DNA from: an uncultured virus (IMG/VR IMGVR_UViG_3300025738_000003)
Taxonomy: Duplodnaviria; Heunggongvirae; Uroviricota; Caudoviricetes
Reading direction: 5' to 3' (one strand)
Length of the DNA stretch: 64,000 bases
IMG/VR virus record: IMGVR_UViG_3300025738_000003
A program made the translations under genes and the position numbers. Shown one piece after another: positions 9,669 to 20,310 of the stretch. The notes under the pieces were generated by a model. That model was not told the origin of the DNA, made no database searches, and saw only the letters and a list, made by a program, of their open reading frames with translations. Positions within the stretch are counted from its first letter, which is position 1. Every line of letters begins with the position of its first letter.

Positions 9669-10497
9669 CTTTCCAGAACAAGAACAATTTCAGGAGCGCG
9701 AGTACGTGAAAGCAGACACTGATAACGGTTACTATCGCGTGGCTAACGAACTCGGTTTGGCTTTATGTAAAACGCAATTAAGCGACCGTGAAGGACGTTT
9801 AGTACAAGCAGTAATGATGAAGACCTTTGGTTTTAATAAATCGATGGATTGGATTTGTAACGGCCAATTAAATGATATTACGGGCATTAAACAAACCCAT
9901 ATATCAGACATTAAAAAAGGCTTGGTTGCTCGAGGCATATTACTGGTTGAGGGTAAAAAAGTTGGTCTTAATCCTGTGGTTTCTGATTGGGTATATTGCA
10001 AGAATCAGCCAATCACCCCTAAACAGGGTAAAACAAAAGCACCCCTGAACAGGGTAGCAACCACCCCTGAACAGGGTAGACCCACCCCTAAACAGGGTAA
10101 AAAAACACCCCGAACAGGGAACCACAATAAACAAGACACTATAACAAAAAACAATATTACAAAAGACAGTAAGTTTTCAGTTGAACTTCCTCAGTGGTTA
10201 CCAGTTGAACTTTGGAATGAATTTGTGTTGATGCGTAAGACCATTAAAAAACCTTTAACTGAGAATGCTGCAAAACGAATGATCACCAAGCTAATCAAGT
10301 TTACCAATAAAGGTTTTGATGCAGCAGCTCAGTTAACCAACTCGATTGATAATTGTTATTCAGACGTTTATGAGCCTAAAAACTTTCAGGCTAAACCATC
10401 CAAAGCAAAAAACACTGCCGAAAATTTTGCCGAAAAAGATTATGGTGAAACCGTTGTACCTGAGTGGATGCAGAACGAGCAAGGAGTTCAATCATGA
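9643..10497 (+). CDS. Replication initiator, lambda O-like
   Basis: ADTDNGYYRVANEL...KTFGFNKSMDWI; internal iterons. Confidence 0.9.
   Translation: MTSSAEIINFPEQEQFQEREYVKADTDNGYYRVANELGLALCKTQLSDREGRLVQAVMMKTFGFNKSMDWICNGQLNDITGIKQTHISDIKKGLVARGILLVEGKKVGLNPVVSDWVYCKNQPITPKQGKTKAPLNRVATTPEQGRPTPKQGKKTPRTGNHNKQDTITKNNITKDSKFSVELPQWLPVELWNEFVLMRKTIKKPLTENAAKRMITKLIKFTNKGFDAAAQLTNSIDNCYSDVYEPKNFQAKPSKAKNTAENFAEKDYGETVVPEWMQNEQGVQS
10014..10120 (+). repeat. Origin iterons (5 copies)
   Basis: CACCCCT(A/G)AACAGGGTA at 10014, 10040, 10062, 10083, and a degenerate copy at 10106. Confidence 0.9.
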
Positions 10498-11345
10498 AAA
10501 ACATTACTGACCTCGCGAATGCAGTAGCTGTTGATGGAAGCTGTGAAGAACACGGTGCTTGGAGTTATCGATTACCGCCATTTTTAGCCAAGCGTGGTGG
10601 GCAATGTCCAGATTGCGTTGAAGCCCAAAAGCAAACAGAACTCACAGCATTGAATGACAAGCAAACTCAAGAGTGTATTGAGCAAAAGCAAGATGCTATC
10701 CGTCATCAATTCTCTAAGGCTGCTATCCCTAAACGCTTTTTAAACCGCACGTTTGATAATTATGAAGTGACGAGTCAACAGCAACAACTAGCCTTAAAAA
10801 TTGCTAGACAATATGCCAGTCACTTTGTAGAACGTTTAGAAAATGGTGGTGGTTTAATTCTTCAAGGGGTACCAGGAACAGGTAAAACACATTTAGCTTG
10901 TGCTATTGCTAATCAAGTCATTACCCATGGTTCATCAGCTCGCTTCACTACGGTAATGCAACTTGTTAGGGCGATTAGAGCTACGTGGAAAAGAGATTCG
11001 GAGCAATCTGAGGATCAAGTGCTTCAGTCGCTTATTGATTATGACTTATTGATCATTGATGAAATAGGCGTTCAGTATGAAACAGAATCGGAAAAATTGA
11101 TTTTGTTTGATGTGCTCAATGGCCGTTATGAAAACGAGAAACCTACCATCTTGCTAACGAACTTGGTTGGCCAAGAGCTAAACACCTGTATAGGTGAACG
11201 CAACGTTGACCGAATTCAAGAAGGTGGTGGTACCACTATTTCTTTCACCTGGGGAAGTTATAGAGCAAATGTTTATCAAAACGATGCTTTAAAGAGTGTG
11301 TCGTGTGCAGAGATTGCCGCTCAAAATATTAAGGGAGTAGCTTAG
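10494..11345 (+). CDS. DnaC/IstB-like helicase loader ATPase
   Basis: Zn-binding Cys/His residues, GVPGTGKT Walker A, LLIIDEIG Walker B. Confidence 0.92.
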   Translation: MKNITDLANAVAVDGSCEEHGAWSYRLPPFLAKRGGQCPDCVEAQKQTELTALNDKQTQECIEQKQDAIRHQFSKAAIPKRFLNRTFDNYEVTSQQQQLALKIARQYASHFVERLENGGGLILQGVPGTGKTHLACAIANQVITHGSSARFTTVMQLVRAIRATWKRDSEQSEDQVLQSLIDYDLLIIDEIGVQYETESEKLILFDVLNGRYENEKPTILLTNLVGQELNTCIGERNVDRIQEGGGTTISFTWGSYRANVYQNDALKSVSCAEIAAQNIKGVA

Positions 11346-12593
11346 TTGCCTCTATTGAATGAAAAAATAACCGATAAGCTTATTTCTTCACATTTGGCTT
11401 TGCCAACAGTGACAAGAGTACGTGATACGTTGAACCCGCTAATACAAATACGGTTTGGTACTAAGCGAACTCAGGGTAAGTGGTACCTTCACCATCGTAA
11501 CAGTTGGATAAAAGTAGCACTGTGGCCAGAGGTTAAGACTGCAGACATCAGACGTAACTTTAGTGTGTTAATTGAAAAGGTCCGTAATAAGCAGGAGATC
11601 ATAGTAAGTACTGATTGTTTGCTAACAGTCGGTGATGTATTAACTTGGTATGACGAGCGCATGCAAGACCATGCTAACTTAAGTGATCAGCGTAAGAAGG
11701 ATATTGCTAGCGGTATTAAATGCCACTTATTACCTTGCTTAGAAAAAGTAGACTTAGATGATATCAATAAATCATTGCTTGATAAGTTACTTATATGGCC
11801 CTCACAGAAGAAATTGGCAAAGAGTTCGGTAACTAAAATATTCCATACATTGAAAGCGGCTTTTAGTTCTGCGTTTGATTTGGATTTAATGCCAAACAAC
11901 CCTATAGCCGGTATAAAAATTTCTGACTTTGGTGATTTTTCTAGTGATAGAAAAGAGCCTCGAGTGTTTCCGTATATGGTCCAAGCATTACTTGATGAAA
12001 TGGCAGAGCAAACACTGATATTGAAAACCCTTTGTATGTTGGTTTTAACCTTAGGTACTCGCATTGGGGAAACCCGTAAAGCTAAATGGCATAACTTCAA
12101 TTTAGGCCAAGATCCTGTTTGGATTATTCCTCAGCAGGACACTAAAACCAGTAAAACCCACACTATCCATTTACCTGTTGATGTTGTTGCCATGTTAAAG
12201 CAGTGGCGTGAGTATCAAGTTTCGTGTCGATATAAAGGTAAATTTTTATTCCCTAACTTCGCTGGTAAAGATTGCTTAAGCAGTAATGATGCTTTGTCGA
12301 TGGTTCATGCTTTCAGTAGTGGAGAATGGTCGAGCCATGACTTACGCAAGTGTGCTAGAACATGCTGGCAAGAGCAGGGTGTTGATTCAATGGTTGGTGA
12401 AATTATGCTTAATCATGATGTTGGTAAGGTTGCAGAGGCATATATAGGTAGAGCATTTATTTTGAGACTTGAGGCATTAGAGCAACATTGCTCATGGTTA
12501 AAAATGCAGAAAAACAATTGCTTTGTAATCAGTCCAGTTTCAGTCCAACGCACTAGTGAGATTTTAGCAAAAGATAGCTGTGGTGTGGTTTAG
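11346..12593 (+). CDS. Second tyrosine recombinase
   Basis: GTRIGE, TKT, HDLRK, LNH, AY catalytic set. Confidence 0.88.
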   Translation: MPLLNEKITDKLISSHLALPTVTRVRDTLNPLIQIRFGTKRTQGKWYLHHRNSWIKVALWPEVKTADIRRNFSVLIEKVRNKQEIIVSTDCLLTVGDVLTWYDERMQDHANLSDQRKKDIASGIKCHLLPCLEKVDLDDINKSLLDKLLIWPSQKKLAKSSVTKIFHTLKAAFSSAFDLDLMPNNPIAGIKISDFGDFSSDRKEPRVFPYMVQALLDEMAEQTLILKTLCMLVLTLGTRIGETRKAKWHNFNLGQDPVWIIPQQDTKTSKTHTIHLPVDVVAMLKQWREYQVSCRYKGKFLFPNFAGKDCLSSNDALSMVHAFSSGEWSSHDLRKCARTCWQEQGVDSMVGEIMLNHDVGKVAEAYIGRAFILRLEALEQHCSWLKMQKNNCFVISPVSVQRTSEILAKDSCGVV

Positions 12594-12651
12594 CGTGACG
12601 TTTAGATGTATCTGTATGTGGAATATTTTAATTAATAAAAAAGGCTCTGAT

Positions 12652-12747
12652 ATGACTAATTTTATGCATTATGACGAACAGCGTGAAGCCGATTTAGATA
12701 AACAAAAAGTGCAACAAGTACCTGGCGAATGTAAGGGAATTTCTTAG
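12652..12747 (+). CDS. 31-aa small ORF (possible gene remnant)
   Basis: AAGG RBS; MTNFMHYDEQREADLDKQKVQQVPGECKGIS; stop overlaps the next start. Confidence 0.4.
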   Translation: MTNFMHYDEQREADLDKQKVQQVPGECKGIS

Positions 12748-12968
12748 TGATACCACAAGGTGGAATAATCATAAAAGCGGCTAGAAAAGCTAGGGGCATG
12801 ACACAAACCTATGTAGCCGATAGTCATGGCGTTGATGTTGATACTATCAGCCGATGGGAACGATTAAAAACATCAGTCCCATTCGATGATGCTATTTGGA
12901 TCATAACTGATATTTTTAAAATGTCTCTTAACGAAGCTATGGAGCTAGCCACCAATGAGAACAATTAA
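12747..12968 (+). CDS. XRE-family HTH regulator
   Basis: IKAARKARGMTQ...TISRWE. Confidence 0.85.
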   Translation: MIPQGGIIIKAARKARGMTQTYVADSHGVDVDTISRWERLKTSVPFDDAIWIITDIFKMSLNEAMELATNENN

Positions 12969-13302
12969 AGACGTTCAAAGTGAGTTAAAGCAATGGGGTA
13001 ATTTCTGGGCTCGCCAAGAAGAGGGGCAAGGATTTTCTAGTAAATCTAACGCTCAATCCGTAAAGGAAGCTTGTGAGGTTGGTTGCGCCAGCTCAAGTAC
13101 ATTGCATTTATTTAGCCATTCGGCAGATAATATTCATGTTCCTCATAATATTGAAGTTATCGATAATATTTTGGAATGTTTAACCCCTCAATGTAAAACA
13201 GCTATTCGGCAGCGTTATATCAATAAAGGGAAGGTATTATATTTTCCAGATAAAAAAGCCTTTCTTTTTTGGGTAGGAAAAGCTGAAAGAGAATTGCTTT
13301 AG
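12955..13302 (+). CDS. Probable late-gene regulator (Q-like)
   Basis: LKQWGNFW N-terminus; last gene before the lysis region. Confidence 0.55.
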   Translation: MRTIKDVQSELKQWGNFWARQEEGQGFSSKSNAQSVKEACEVGCASSSTLHLFSHSADNIHVPHNIEVIDNILECLTPQCKTAIRQRYINKGKVLYFPDKKAFLFWVGKAERELL

Positions 13303-13309
13303 CTGATCC

Positions 13310-14182
13310 TTACCGGGCTTCTGAGTTTGCCCTTAGTTTTTCTTTCAGTAGCCTTAGCTTCCATTTGTCTACGAGCTTTTCAAGGTTAATGTATGTGTTT
13401 GGGGAGTCTACTTGAGCATGCTTTACAAACAAGCAGCATTTTTTGAATTGCCCAACCACAATGCCTGATAGACACTCAAATAATAAGTCTTCATCTAAAT
13501 CGTCCTTAGTTATCCCTGCAGCTAAAAACTCAAAATAGTTCAGTAAGTACCTAGCTGCATGCAAACCATCAACGAACATCGCATCCTTAGATGTGTCAGT
13601 GCAACTTGTGTTTAGCAATTTATAATATTTTTCTGTTTCCTGAATATATTTTAAGTGCTCTTTTTTAATTGGTGATGAGGCAGGGAAGCATTTAGTGAAG
13701 TTTTTAACTTGAAGCTGATATTCGGTACTTACTCTTGATTGCATTAATAAACTTAGAGTATGAGTTTTTCTGTGACTTTTATTTGATAATTGTACATGTA
13801 TAACCCAGCCTAGGGCTGCAGAACATGCAGAGAAAACTGAAATAACAACCAAGTAGGGTCCTGTGGTTACAATTGTGGCATTAACGGAGTAATTGTATAG
13901 ACAAAAAGAAGAAGCTATAAGGAATGCAACAATTGCTGAAACGCCATACCAAACTTGGTAAGAAAATGCTTTTTTGGAATGGCCAAACCTGTAAAGCACA
14001 GGGATCATCCCTACATTTATAAGGAAGAATATTGCCGCCCAGAAAAAAGGGTAGAATTTATTATAAGATTCGCTGTAATCGCCAATATGATGCACAAAAG
14101 AGACAATCATGATGACTATAGCGAGTGTTAAAACAAGCACATTGGTCAGTTTAAATTGCGCCTTGAAACCATCCTCTTTCAT
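13310..14182 (-). CDS. DUF4760-like membrane protein, cassette B
   Basis: 4 TM helices, then RKTHTLSLL...YLLNYFEFLAAGI...LDEDL...LVDKW. Confidence 0.75.
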   Translation of the reverse strand: MKEDGFKAQFKLTNVLVLTLAIVIMIVSFVHHIGDYSESYNKFYPFFWAAIFFLINVGMIPVLYRFGHSKKAFSYQVWYGVSAIVAFLIASSFCLYNYSVNATIVTTGPYLVVISVFSACSAALGWVIHVQLSNKSHRKTHTLSLLMQSRVSTEYQLQVKNFTKCFPASSPIKKEHLKYIQETEKYYKLLNTSCTDTSKDAMFVDGLHAARYLLNYFEFLAAGITKDDLDEDLLFECLSGIVVGQFKKCCLFVKHAQVDSPNTYINLEKLVDKWKLRLLKEKLRANSEAR

Positions 14183-14206
14183 TGTAAACGTCCTTTTTTA
14201 AGCAAT

Positions 14207-14233
14207 AAAAAACCCCTTATGAAATAGGGGTTT
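14207..14233 (-). terminator. Terminator/attenuator between the peptide and DUF4760-like genes
   Basis: Minus strand AACCCCT-loop-AGGGGTT followed by a T-run. Confidence 0.7.
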
Positions 14234-14259
14234 GTTGGGTTTTCATTTTTGAGTATAAA

Positions 14260-14304
14260 TTAACCACATCCGCTTCCGTGCATTAGTATAATTGATTTTT
14301 TCAT
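14260..14304 (-). CDS. 14-aa micro-peptide MKKSIILMHGSGCG (not in ORF track)
   Basis: AGGGTG RBS, ATG...TAA, followed by a terminator. Confidence 0.6.
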   Translation of the reverse strand: MKKSIILMHGSGCG

Positions 14305-14342
14305 AATTTTTCACCCTGTATTATTGTTGCCTTCTTTGAGTA

Positions 14343-14369
14343 TAGTCGGCAATTTAAGAAATTTCTTGA
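14343..14369 (-). promoter_or_regulatory. Sigma-28 (FliA)-type promoter
   Basis: Minus strand TCAAG-N14-GCCGACTA versus consensus T(A/C)AAG-N14-GCCGATAA. Confidence 0.6.
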
Positions 14370-14701
14370 GCATATTGTTTCGAGTCAGTTATTTTCTTGT
14401 TGTGATAAAAGTAAAATAAAAGAGCAAATGCTTCAATAAAGCTATTGAACCATGTTACATGAAACTGCGCAATGCTTTTACACATCAATTTGTATGTATT
14501 TGTTACTGTATGAAGTGGTGTATATTGTCATTAAGCACAACATATTGTTGTTTTTATGGTGATTTCATAAATTAAGCACATTATGTAGTAATCAGCCTAA
14601 ATTTTCAGTGTTTATATATAAATTTATTAACTTATTACATAACTCGGCATATATGCGGTTTTTATTCCCCATAAAAAGCGTATGATTTTGCTATTGTTGT
14701 T

Positions 14702-14732
14702 AAAGCCCCGCCAGAAATGTTGGGGCTTTTTT
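14702..14732 (+). terminator. tR'-like terminator in the late leader
   Basis: AAAGCCCC...GGGGCTTTTTT. Confidence 0.7.
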
Positions 14733-14866
14733 CATCTGTAGCGAGCAGCACTATTAATATGTGCCAAGAGTTTGGTGTGGCAAGCCATTAATACATCAGT
14801 TAGCCATCTTACATACATGTTTTGCCCTGTCATTTGATAGGGCTTTTTTATATCTGAGACTAAATT

Positions 14867-15295
14867 ATGCCTAAGTTCGGAAACGCTTCTACTACAAGGC
14901 TGGCAACTTGTCATATAGACCTACAGCTCATATTTAATGAGGTTTGTAAAACTGTAAATTGCTCTATCTTCTGTGGTTACCGAGCAAAAGAATCGCAAGA
15001 GAAAGCTTTCATTGCTGGTTTATCTCAAGTTCAATTTCCAAACTCAAAGCACAACAATTTTCCGTCTATGGCTGTAGATGCAGGTCCATACTTTCCAGAA
15101 TTAAAGAATACGGATTGGGATGATGCCATAGCGTTTGCTTCATTTCATGGTTATGTAAAACGTGTTGCAGAAGAGCTGTTAAAGGCAGGCCGCATTAGTC
15201 ATACCATACGTTGGGGTGGTGATTGGGATTCAGACGGCAGAACTTCAGATGAAACCTTTAAAGACTTACCTCATTTTGAATTGGTGAAAGTATGA
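14867..15295 (+). CDS. Endolysin, M15 L-Ala-D-Glu peptidase
   Basis: GYR, SKH...AVD, WGGDW, DLPHFEL. Confidence 0.92.
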   Translation: MPKFGNASTTRLATCHIDLQLIFNEVCKTVNCSIFCGYRAKESQEKAFIAGLSQVQFPNSKHNNFPSMAVDAGPYFPELKNTDWDDAIAFASFHGYVKRVAEELLKAGRISHTIRWGGDWDSDGRTSDETFKDLPHFELVKV

Positions 15296-15858
15296 ACTTA
15301 CTGAACATATTAGGAAAGGTTGGCAGTTCAATACTCGCTGATGTTATACCAGGTGGCAATGCTATTTTAAAAATGGTGAATGGGTTTTTACCTAGTGAGG
15401 GTAAGCTATCAGAAAAATCAACCGGTGCAGATATTCAAGATGCAATATCTCAGTTGCCGGCTAACTTTCAAGTTGAAGTATTAAGCAAAGAGTTTGATGT
15501 TGAAATAACGTCGATACAGGAACACACCAAAGTAATAGCCGCATTAGGTGAAGTAGATAAAACAGGCAACTCAACAAGACCATTTATTGCTTTGATGATG
15601 GCGTGGGTTGTTTCGTTCGCTATCGTTGGTTTGATTATCATGCTAGGTATTGCGATTAATGAAAAAGATTCAGAGTCAGTTATCGCTATCGGCAATAACT
15701 GGCCTTTAGTTACTGCGTTGTTAGGTATTCCATCCGGCTTACTAAATTCATACTTTGGTAAGCGTACTAAAGAAAAGCAGCAAAAGTATCAAGCCATATC
15801 AAATGCAGAGCCTAAATCAGTACTCACTGACTTAATGAGTCTATGGAAATCGAAATAA
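15292..15858 (+). CDS. Holin-like membrane protein
   Basis: TRPFIA + TM...SYFGKRT; adjacent to the endolysin. Confidence 0.6.
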   Translation: MNLLNILGKVGSSILADVIPGGNAILKMVNGFLPSEGKLSEKSTGADIQDAISQLPANFQVEVLSKEFDVEITSIQEHTKVIAALGEVDKTGNSTRPFIALMMAWVVSFAIVGLIIMLGIAINEKDSESVIAIGNNWPLVTALLGIPSGLLNSYFGKRTKEKQQKYQAISNAEPKSVLTDLMSLWKSK

Positions 15859-16184
15859 TGTCAGATCAAGAACAGTACATTCCTCATCGCTTGAGTCAGT
15901 TTGAGAAATTCTCGTCTGGAATTATTGCCGTGATCATCGCGGGCTTACTTGGGTGGGTTGGTTTAAGCGTGAGTAACCAGCAAGTTCAGCAAGGGATAAT
16001 CATTACTACTCAAACAGCGCAATCAGTAACGCTTACTAAAATTCAATCTTCAATAGATAAAGCGGTACCAGCTAGAAATGCATTGATCACCAGCAACGCT
16101 TTATTAACTCAACGTGTTGATTCATTGGATAAAGCTGTTCAGGCTTTAGAGGCTGAGGTTGATGCGTTAGAGAATAAACATTAA
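15858..16184 (+). CDS. TM plus coiled-coil protein (lysis region)
   Basis: Single TM helix and a heptad C-terminus. Confidence 0.6.
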   Translation: MSDQEQYIPHRLSQFEKFSSGIIAVIIAGLLGWVGLSVSNQQVQQGIIITTQTAQSVTLTKIQSSIDKAVPARNALITSNALLTQRVDSLDKAVQALEAEVDALENKH

Positions 16185-16609
16185 TGCCTAAAGCTACTCC
16201 TAAACGCTGCAGACAAAGATCATGTGGTAAAACAACTATTGAACGGCATGGTTACTGTGATGTTCATGAAGGTAATGCAAGTTGGGGCAAGTACGGCAAG
16301 CAACAAACAGCTAAAGGTAAGCGTGTTCACCACACAAGTCAGTGGAAGTATCACATATCACCTCACGTAAAAGATTTAGCTAACCATCTTTGCATAAATC
16401 ATCTGTTAATGACCCCATCAATTGTGGTTAGGGGTGTGATTACTGAGCATATAGTGCCAGTAGCAAAGGGAGGCACAGAAGAGCTTAGTAACCTGTCTTG
16501 CTTCTGTAGTGAGTGCGCCACCATTAAGACATCATGGGAGCGAAACAAGTCTGTTAATGAGGTGCTTAGGCGCTATGGTCACACTGCTATCACTCTTCGA
16601 AAGGGGTAG
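16184..16609 (+). CDS. HNH endonuclease, terminase-associated
   Basis: EHIVPVAKGG...NL...CSEC; precedes cos/terS. Confidence 0.85.
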   Translation: MPKATPKRCRQRSCGKTTIERHGYCDVHEGNASWGKYGKQQTAKGKRVHHTSQWKYHISPHVKDLANHLCINHLLMTPSIVVRGVITEHIVPVAKGGTEELSNLSCFCSECATIKTSWERNKSVNEVLRRYGHTAITLRKG

Positions 16610-16700
16610 GGGGTACTAAATTGTTCAAAACAAAACGCTCTACCAGTACAGCCACCTAAGTCAATTTTTACACGTGAGAAATAAGAAAACTTTTTTTGAA
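16603..16700 (+). other. Putative cos region, element 1
   Basis: G-run, GC-rich core and T-run between HNH and terS, as in HK97-like phages. Confidence 0.5.
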
Positions 16701-16717
16701 AAATAATTGAGGTTATT

Positions 16718-17158
16718 TTGACAGCAATTCGAGCGGCCGGTGGCGGAAGAAAAAAGAATGATGCGCTGTTATCTGTTGGTGATCCAACATTAACAAGAGT
16801 TGCACCACCTGAACAATGCCGTGATGAAAATGCAATAAATCTTTGGAAAGCTCAAAGTAAAATTATGATCTCTCGTGGAACATTATCCCGAGAAGATTTA
16901 CCGATACTAGTTGCTTATTGCAACGCTTGGTCATTGATGCTTGAAACTCAAGACGATATGGCAAAAACCTTATATTCCTCAACTGCTGATGGTGGTGAAA
17001 AAGTTCACCCTTCCGTCAACATTAATAAAATAGCAGTTGGTCAATTAAAAATGTTGGGCTCACTTTTAGGATTAGATCCTTTATCGCGCTCTCGAGTAGT
17101 TGGAACAGGCTTGAGCGGTAAAGGTGATGAAGAAGAAAATGAGTTTAATGAATTCTAG
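16718..17158 (+). CDS. Terminase small subunit (P27-like)
   Basis: AGGGRK...AYC...KVHP...LGLDPLSR. Confidence 0.9.
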   Translation: MTAIRAAGGGRKKNDALLSVGDPTLTRVAPPEQCRDENAINLWKAQSKIMISRGTLSREDLPILVAYCNAWSLMLETQDDMAKTLYSSTADGGEKVHPSVNINKIAVGQLKMLGSLLGLDPLSRSRVVGTGLSGKGDEEENEFNEF

Positions 17159-17161
17159 TCA

Positions 17162-18874
17162 ATGTCTACTTACCCGAATGTTAATGCAGCGAACAAATAT
17201 GCTCGTGAAGTTGTAGCAGGAAAAATACCTGCATGTAAGTTGACGATACTTGCCTGCAAAAGACATTTAGACGATTTAAAAAAAGAGAAACAGAAGAAAT
17301 TTAAATTTAAGTTTGATCGTGATGCAGCAGAACGTATTTGTAAATTCATTCAGCTATTGCCCCACACCAAAGGCGAGTGGTTAAGGCGAAAATTAAAGAT
17401 AACCTTGGAGCCTTGGCAGCTTTTCTTTTTTGCTGTTGGTTTTGGTTGGTTAAAAAAATCGGATGGCACTCGACGTTTTCGAGAACTGTATTTAAAGGTT
17501 CCCCGTAAAAATGGGAAATCAGCCGTTGCAGCTGGAGTAGGCCTTTACGGTTTTTGTGCTGATAACGAATATGGCGCTGAAATTTTTTGTGGGGCTACTA
17601 CTGAAAAGCAAGCTTGGGAAGTTTTCAAACCTGCCAAGCTTATGGTTCAAAAATTACCAAACTTGCGTAAACGGTTTGGGATAGAAATAAATGCAAAAAA
17701 ATTAGTTAAAACTGATGGCTCTGTATTTGAACCTGTTATCGGTCAGCCTGGTGATGGTTCAAGTCCACATGTTGCGATTATTGATGAATATCACGAACAT
17801 CAAAGTGATGATCAATACGATACATTCAACACCGGAATGGGAGCCCGTGAGCAGCCAATGATGTTGGTTATCACAACGGCAGGATCTGATATTGACAGCC
17901 CTTGTTATGATCTTGAGCAGCGTGTTGTTGAAATGTTGCATGGTGTTAAAGACGATACGTTGTTTGGTCTGATCTTTGGTATTGATGATGGTGATGATTG
18001 GGCTTCACCAGAAGCATTGATTAAAGCGAACCCTAACTACGGTATTTCAGTAAAGGCTGACTATTTATTAAGTCAGCAACAAAAGGCAATTACACGCCCT
18101 CGCTTTACTAACAGATTTAAAACTAAACATTTAAACATGTGGGTAACGGCTAAAGAAGCCTACTTCAACATGGAAAAATGGAGTGCTTGTGAAGATAAAA
18201 CATTAAGCATTGACCAATTCATTGGTGATGATTGTGTTCAAGCATGTGATTTAGCTCGCAAGCTAGATATGAACTCTAAAGCACGTATTTTCTGGAAACT
18301 AATTGATGGTAAAAAGCACTGGTATTGTATAGCCCCACAATTTTGGGTTCCGTATGACACTGCTTTTAACAATGAAAATAGGTCCTTAGGTGAGCGCTAT
18401 CAAAAGTATATTAATCTTGGCGTACTAAGTGTTACAGATGGCGCCGAAATTGATTACCGTGAAATTCAACAAGATATTTTAGCAAGTCATTTAGAAACAC
18501 CGAGTATCAAAATACCACTTGATCCACATGGTGCAACTAACCTTGGCCATCACCTTATGGATGACGGTCTTGAAGTAGTAACTATAACTCAGAATTACAC
18601 AAACTTAAGCGACCCGATGAAAGAACTCGAGGCCGCAATTAATAACGGGCGATTTCATCATGATGGTAATCCTGTCATGACATGGAACATATCAAACGTT
18701 GTCGGTAAAAACTTACCAGGTAACGATGATGTCGTTAGACCTGTAAAGCAAAAAGCTATTAATAAAATTGATGGTGCTGTCGCATTAATGATGGCAATTG
18801 GGGAGGCTATGTTACAAGAACGTGAGCCTCAAGAAGAAGATTCTATTTATGATACAGGGGCAGTAGGATGCTAG
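17162..18874 (+). CDS. Terminase large subunit
   Basis: [22 protein letters not shown]. Confidence 0.97.
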   Translation: MSTYPNVNAANKYAREVVAGKIPACKLTILACKRHLDDLKKEKQKKFKFKFDRDAAERICKFIQLLPHTKGEWLRRKLKITLEPWQLFFFAVGFGWLKKSDGTRRFRELYLKVPRKNGKSAVAAGVGLYGFCADNEYGAEIFCGATTEKQAWEVFKPAKLMVQKLPNLRKRFGIEINAKKLVKTDGSVFEPVIGQPGDGSSPHVAIIDEYHEHQSDDQYDTFNTGMGAREQPMMLVITTAGSDIDSPCYDLEQRVVEMLHGVKDDTLFGLIFGIDDGDDWASPEALIKANPNYGISVKADYLLSQQQKAITRPRFTNRFKTKHLNMWVTAKEAYFNMEKWSACEDKTLSIDQFIGDDCVQACDLARKLDMNSKARIFWKLIDGKKHWYCIAPQFWVPYDTAFNNENRSLGERYQKYINLGVLSVTDGAEIDYREIQQDILASHLETPSIKIPLDPHGATNLGHHLMDDGLEVVTITQNYTNLSDPMKELEAAINNGRFHHDGNPVMTWNISNVVGKNLPGNDDVVRPVKQKAINKIDGAVALMMAIGEAMLQEREPQEEDSIYDTGAVGC

Positions 18875-19047
18875 CAGATTTGATTAGTGGCTTATTGGGC
18901 CTAGTTGGAATTTTTTTATTATCATATGGTGCTTATTTAATAGCCCCTCATTTTGGTTTTATAACCATGGGTATAGCACTCATTGGTTTCTCATATTTGT
19001 TCGCACGCGCAAATGCACTTAATAAACTAAAAAAAAATAAGAAGTAG
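18868..19047 (+). CDS. Small 2-TM protein between terL and portal (not in ORF track)
   Basis: [21 protein letters not shown]...; positional counterpart at 43229. Confidence 0.65.
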   Translation: MLADLISGLLGLVGIFLLSYGAYLIAPHFGFITMGIALIGFSYLFARANALNKLKKNKK

Positions 19048-19050
19048 GCT

Positions 19051-20310
19051 ATGTTTTTCTCAGGACTTTTTGGTGGCTCAGATAATAGCGCTAGTAATTT
19101 CAGCATGTTTGGATCAGGAAGTGCTACTTATTCTAAGTCTGGCGTAATCGTTGATCCTAAGACAGCGTTAAGTCAGTCTGCCTTGCGTCGATGTGTAACT
19201 TTACTAGCTGAATCTGTCGCACAATTGCCTTGTGAGGTGTATAAGCGCAATGGTGATCAAAGAGAAAAAGCAGTTGCACATCCGCTATATGACATATTGC
19301 ATAACCAACCAAATCAAAAAGACTCTAGTTTTGAATATTTCGAAACAGCACAAGGATTTCTTGGTTTAAACGGTAATCATATTGCATTAATTGAGCGGGA
19401 CAATAAAGCCAACATCACCGAATTAATTCCTATTCATCGAGACAAAGTACAAATATTAAAAGGTAATGATGGTTTACCCTACTACCATTTAATCGAAGAA
19501 AATAAAACGTTACCAATGCGCATGGTTCACCATGTCAAAGCGTTTTCGATGGATGGATTTCAAGGGTTATCCCCTTTACAAACAAGTCCTGACACTATTG
19601 GTTTATCAATAGCTGTAGAAGAGCATGCATCAAAAGTATTCTCAAATGGTACAACTCTGTCAGGCGTTATTGAACGCCCTAAAGATGCAGGATCAATTAA
19701 GACGCAAAGTGGTATCGATACTGTTGTTAATTCATTTGTAGGTAAACACTCAGGGCTTCGTAATATGTTTAGCGTTGCCATGCTTCAAGAGGGCATGACA
19801 TATAAACAAATGGCAATGAATAACGACCAAGCTCAACTTGTAGAAGCGAGGGGGATGTCAGTTGCTGACATGTCTCGTTTGTATGGTGTTCCTTTGTCAA
19901 TGTTAAGTGAAAGCGCTGGTGAATCGTATAAATCAATAGAGCAACAATCATTAAATTATGTTGTTTTTGGTTTGATGCCATGGCTTAAGCGATGGGAATC
20001 AGCCATGCGTAGAGATTTGCTTTTACCATCCGAGCGTAAAGAATATTTCATTGAGTTTAATGTTGCCGGCTTGATTCGCGGTGATATGAAATCTCGCTAC
20101 GATGCTTATGCTATTGCACGTCAATGGGGTTGGTTATCGGTAAATGATATTAGACGTCTTGAAAATCTCCCACCAGTAACTGGTGGGGAAACGTACTTAA
20201 CACCTTTAAATATGGTCGACTCTAAGAATTTAGAGGTACACAACAAAATAACAAGCGCTTCATCTGAACGTATAGCAGAGGTTAAACAAATACTATGTCC
20301 AACCAATTAA
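19051..20310 (+). CDS. Portal protein (HK97 family)
   Basis: LAESVAQLP, GLSPL, LIRGD, NDIRRLENLPP. Confidence 0.95.
   Translation: MFFSGLFGGSDNSASNFSMFGSGSATYSKSGVIVDPKTALSQSALRRCVTLLAESVAQLPCEVYKRNGDQREKAVAHPLYDILHNQPNQKDSSFEYFETAQGFLGLNGNHIALIERDNKANITELIPIHRDKVQILKGNDGLPYYHLIEENKTLPMRMVHHVKAFSMDGFQGLSPLQTSPDTIGLSIAVEEHASKVFSNGTTLSGVIERPKDAGSIKTQSGIDTVVNSFVGKHSGLRNMFSVAMLQEGMTYKQMAMNNDQAQLVEARGMSVADMSRLYGVPLSMLSESAGESYKSIEQQSLNYVVFGLMPWLKRWESAMRRDLLLPSERKEYFIEFNVAGLIRGDMKSRYDAYAIARQWGWLSVNDIRRLENLPPVTGGETYLTPLNMVDSKNLEVHNKITSASSERIAEVKQILCPTN

Noticed and set aside
10014..10120. Short repeat array as CRISPR
   Set aside because: Spacers are only a few bp and lie inside gene O; these are origin iterons, and no cas genes are present
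12652..12747. TraR/DksA zinc-finger gene
   Set aside because: Only one Cys and 31 aa; at most a remnant
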